Source: Haliotis cracherodii
Lineage: Eukaryota
DNA length: 64,000 nucleotides
NCBI RefSeq assembly: GCF_022045235.1
Contig: NW_027266343.1
Span: 56,854,001-56,918,000 of the forward strand
Direction: 5' to 3'
The notes under the pieces are model-generated. The model was not told the origin of the DNA and made no database searches. It was given only the letters and a program-made list of their open reading frames with translations. The position numbers and the translations under genes were made by a program. Positions 63,250 through 64,000 of the stretch are shown here, one piece after another; the first letter of the stretch is position 1, and the number at the start of each line of letters is the position of its first letter.

Positions 63250-64000
63250 ACATACTGACCTACGGTGGGCCAAGCCATAGCTACAGTGAGATATTGGCCT
63301 ACAGAGAGACATATTGACCTACAATGAGACATATTGGCCTACAGTGAGACATCCAGACCTGCAGAGAGACATATTGACCTAGAGTGAGACATATTGACCC
63401 ACAGAGAGACATATTGGCCTATAGTCAGGCATACAGACCTACAAAGAGACATACTGACCTACAGTGAGTCATATTGGCCTACAGTGAGGCATACAGACCT
63501 ACAGAGAGACATATTGACCTACAGAGAGACATATTGACCTAAAGAGAGACATATTGGCCTACAGAGAGACATACTGACCTACAGTGAGGCATACAGAGAA
63601 ACATATTGACCTACAGAGAGACCTACAGACCTACAGAGAGGCATACTGACCTACAAAAAGACATATTGACCTACAGAGAGACATATTGACCTACAGAGAG
63701 ACATATTGACCTACAGAGAGACCTACAGACCTACAGAGAGGCATACTGACCTACAAAGAGACATATTGACCTACAAAGAGACATATTGACCTACAGAGAG
63801 ACATATTGGCCTACAGAGAGACATATTGGCCTACAGTGAGACCTACAGACCTACAGAGAGGCATACAGACCTACAGAGAGACATATTGATCTACAGTGAG
63901 ACATATTGGCCTATAGTCAGGCATACAGACCTACAAAGAGACAGATTGACCTACAGTGAGTCATATTGGCCTACAGTGAGACATATTGACCTACAGAGAG
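63250..64000. repeat. 20-bp minisatellite (GACATATTGACCTACAGAGA)n, runs off the window end
   Basis: Direct reading. Confidence 0.95.

Overview
Eukaryotic (metazoan) genomic DNA, AT-rich, intron-containing and dense in SINEs. The repeat and gene content looks like a mollusc, possibly a gastropod (inference only). Gene models built by hand from splice sites, reading-frame phase and protein motifs, in order: HIGD2A exon 1 (-) head-to-head with a 5-exon NOP16 (+; GC-AG first intron, 3.1-kb minisatellite in intron 3); a 7-exon THEG/SPMAP2-like gene (-); a divergently transcribed, unrecognised 164-aa Arg/Lys/Ser-rich gene with a CRE-cluster promoter (+); a degraded, RT-deleted Ty3/gypsy LTR element; an F-type lectin + PAN/apple gene (-); a LINE ORF1 relic carrying a 2A-like motif; an intronless GT92 glycosyltransferase ORF (+); a small secreted VWC-like Cys-rich protein gene (-); and the 3' exons of an S1 serine protease (-). 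At least four SINE families with a shared 3' tail, several MITE-like elements and many tandem repeats fill the rest. Most ORFs in the supplied track are repeat artefacts. Best leads: the THEG-like/basic-protein divergent pair, the inverted duplication bracketing THEG exon 1 and its promoter, the 2A-like motif and the conserved HIGD2A-NOP16 arrangement.
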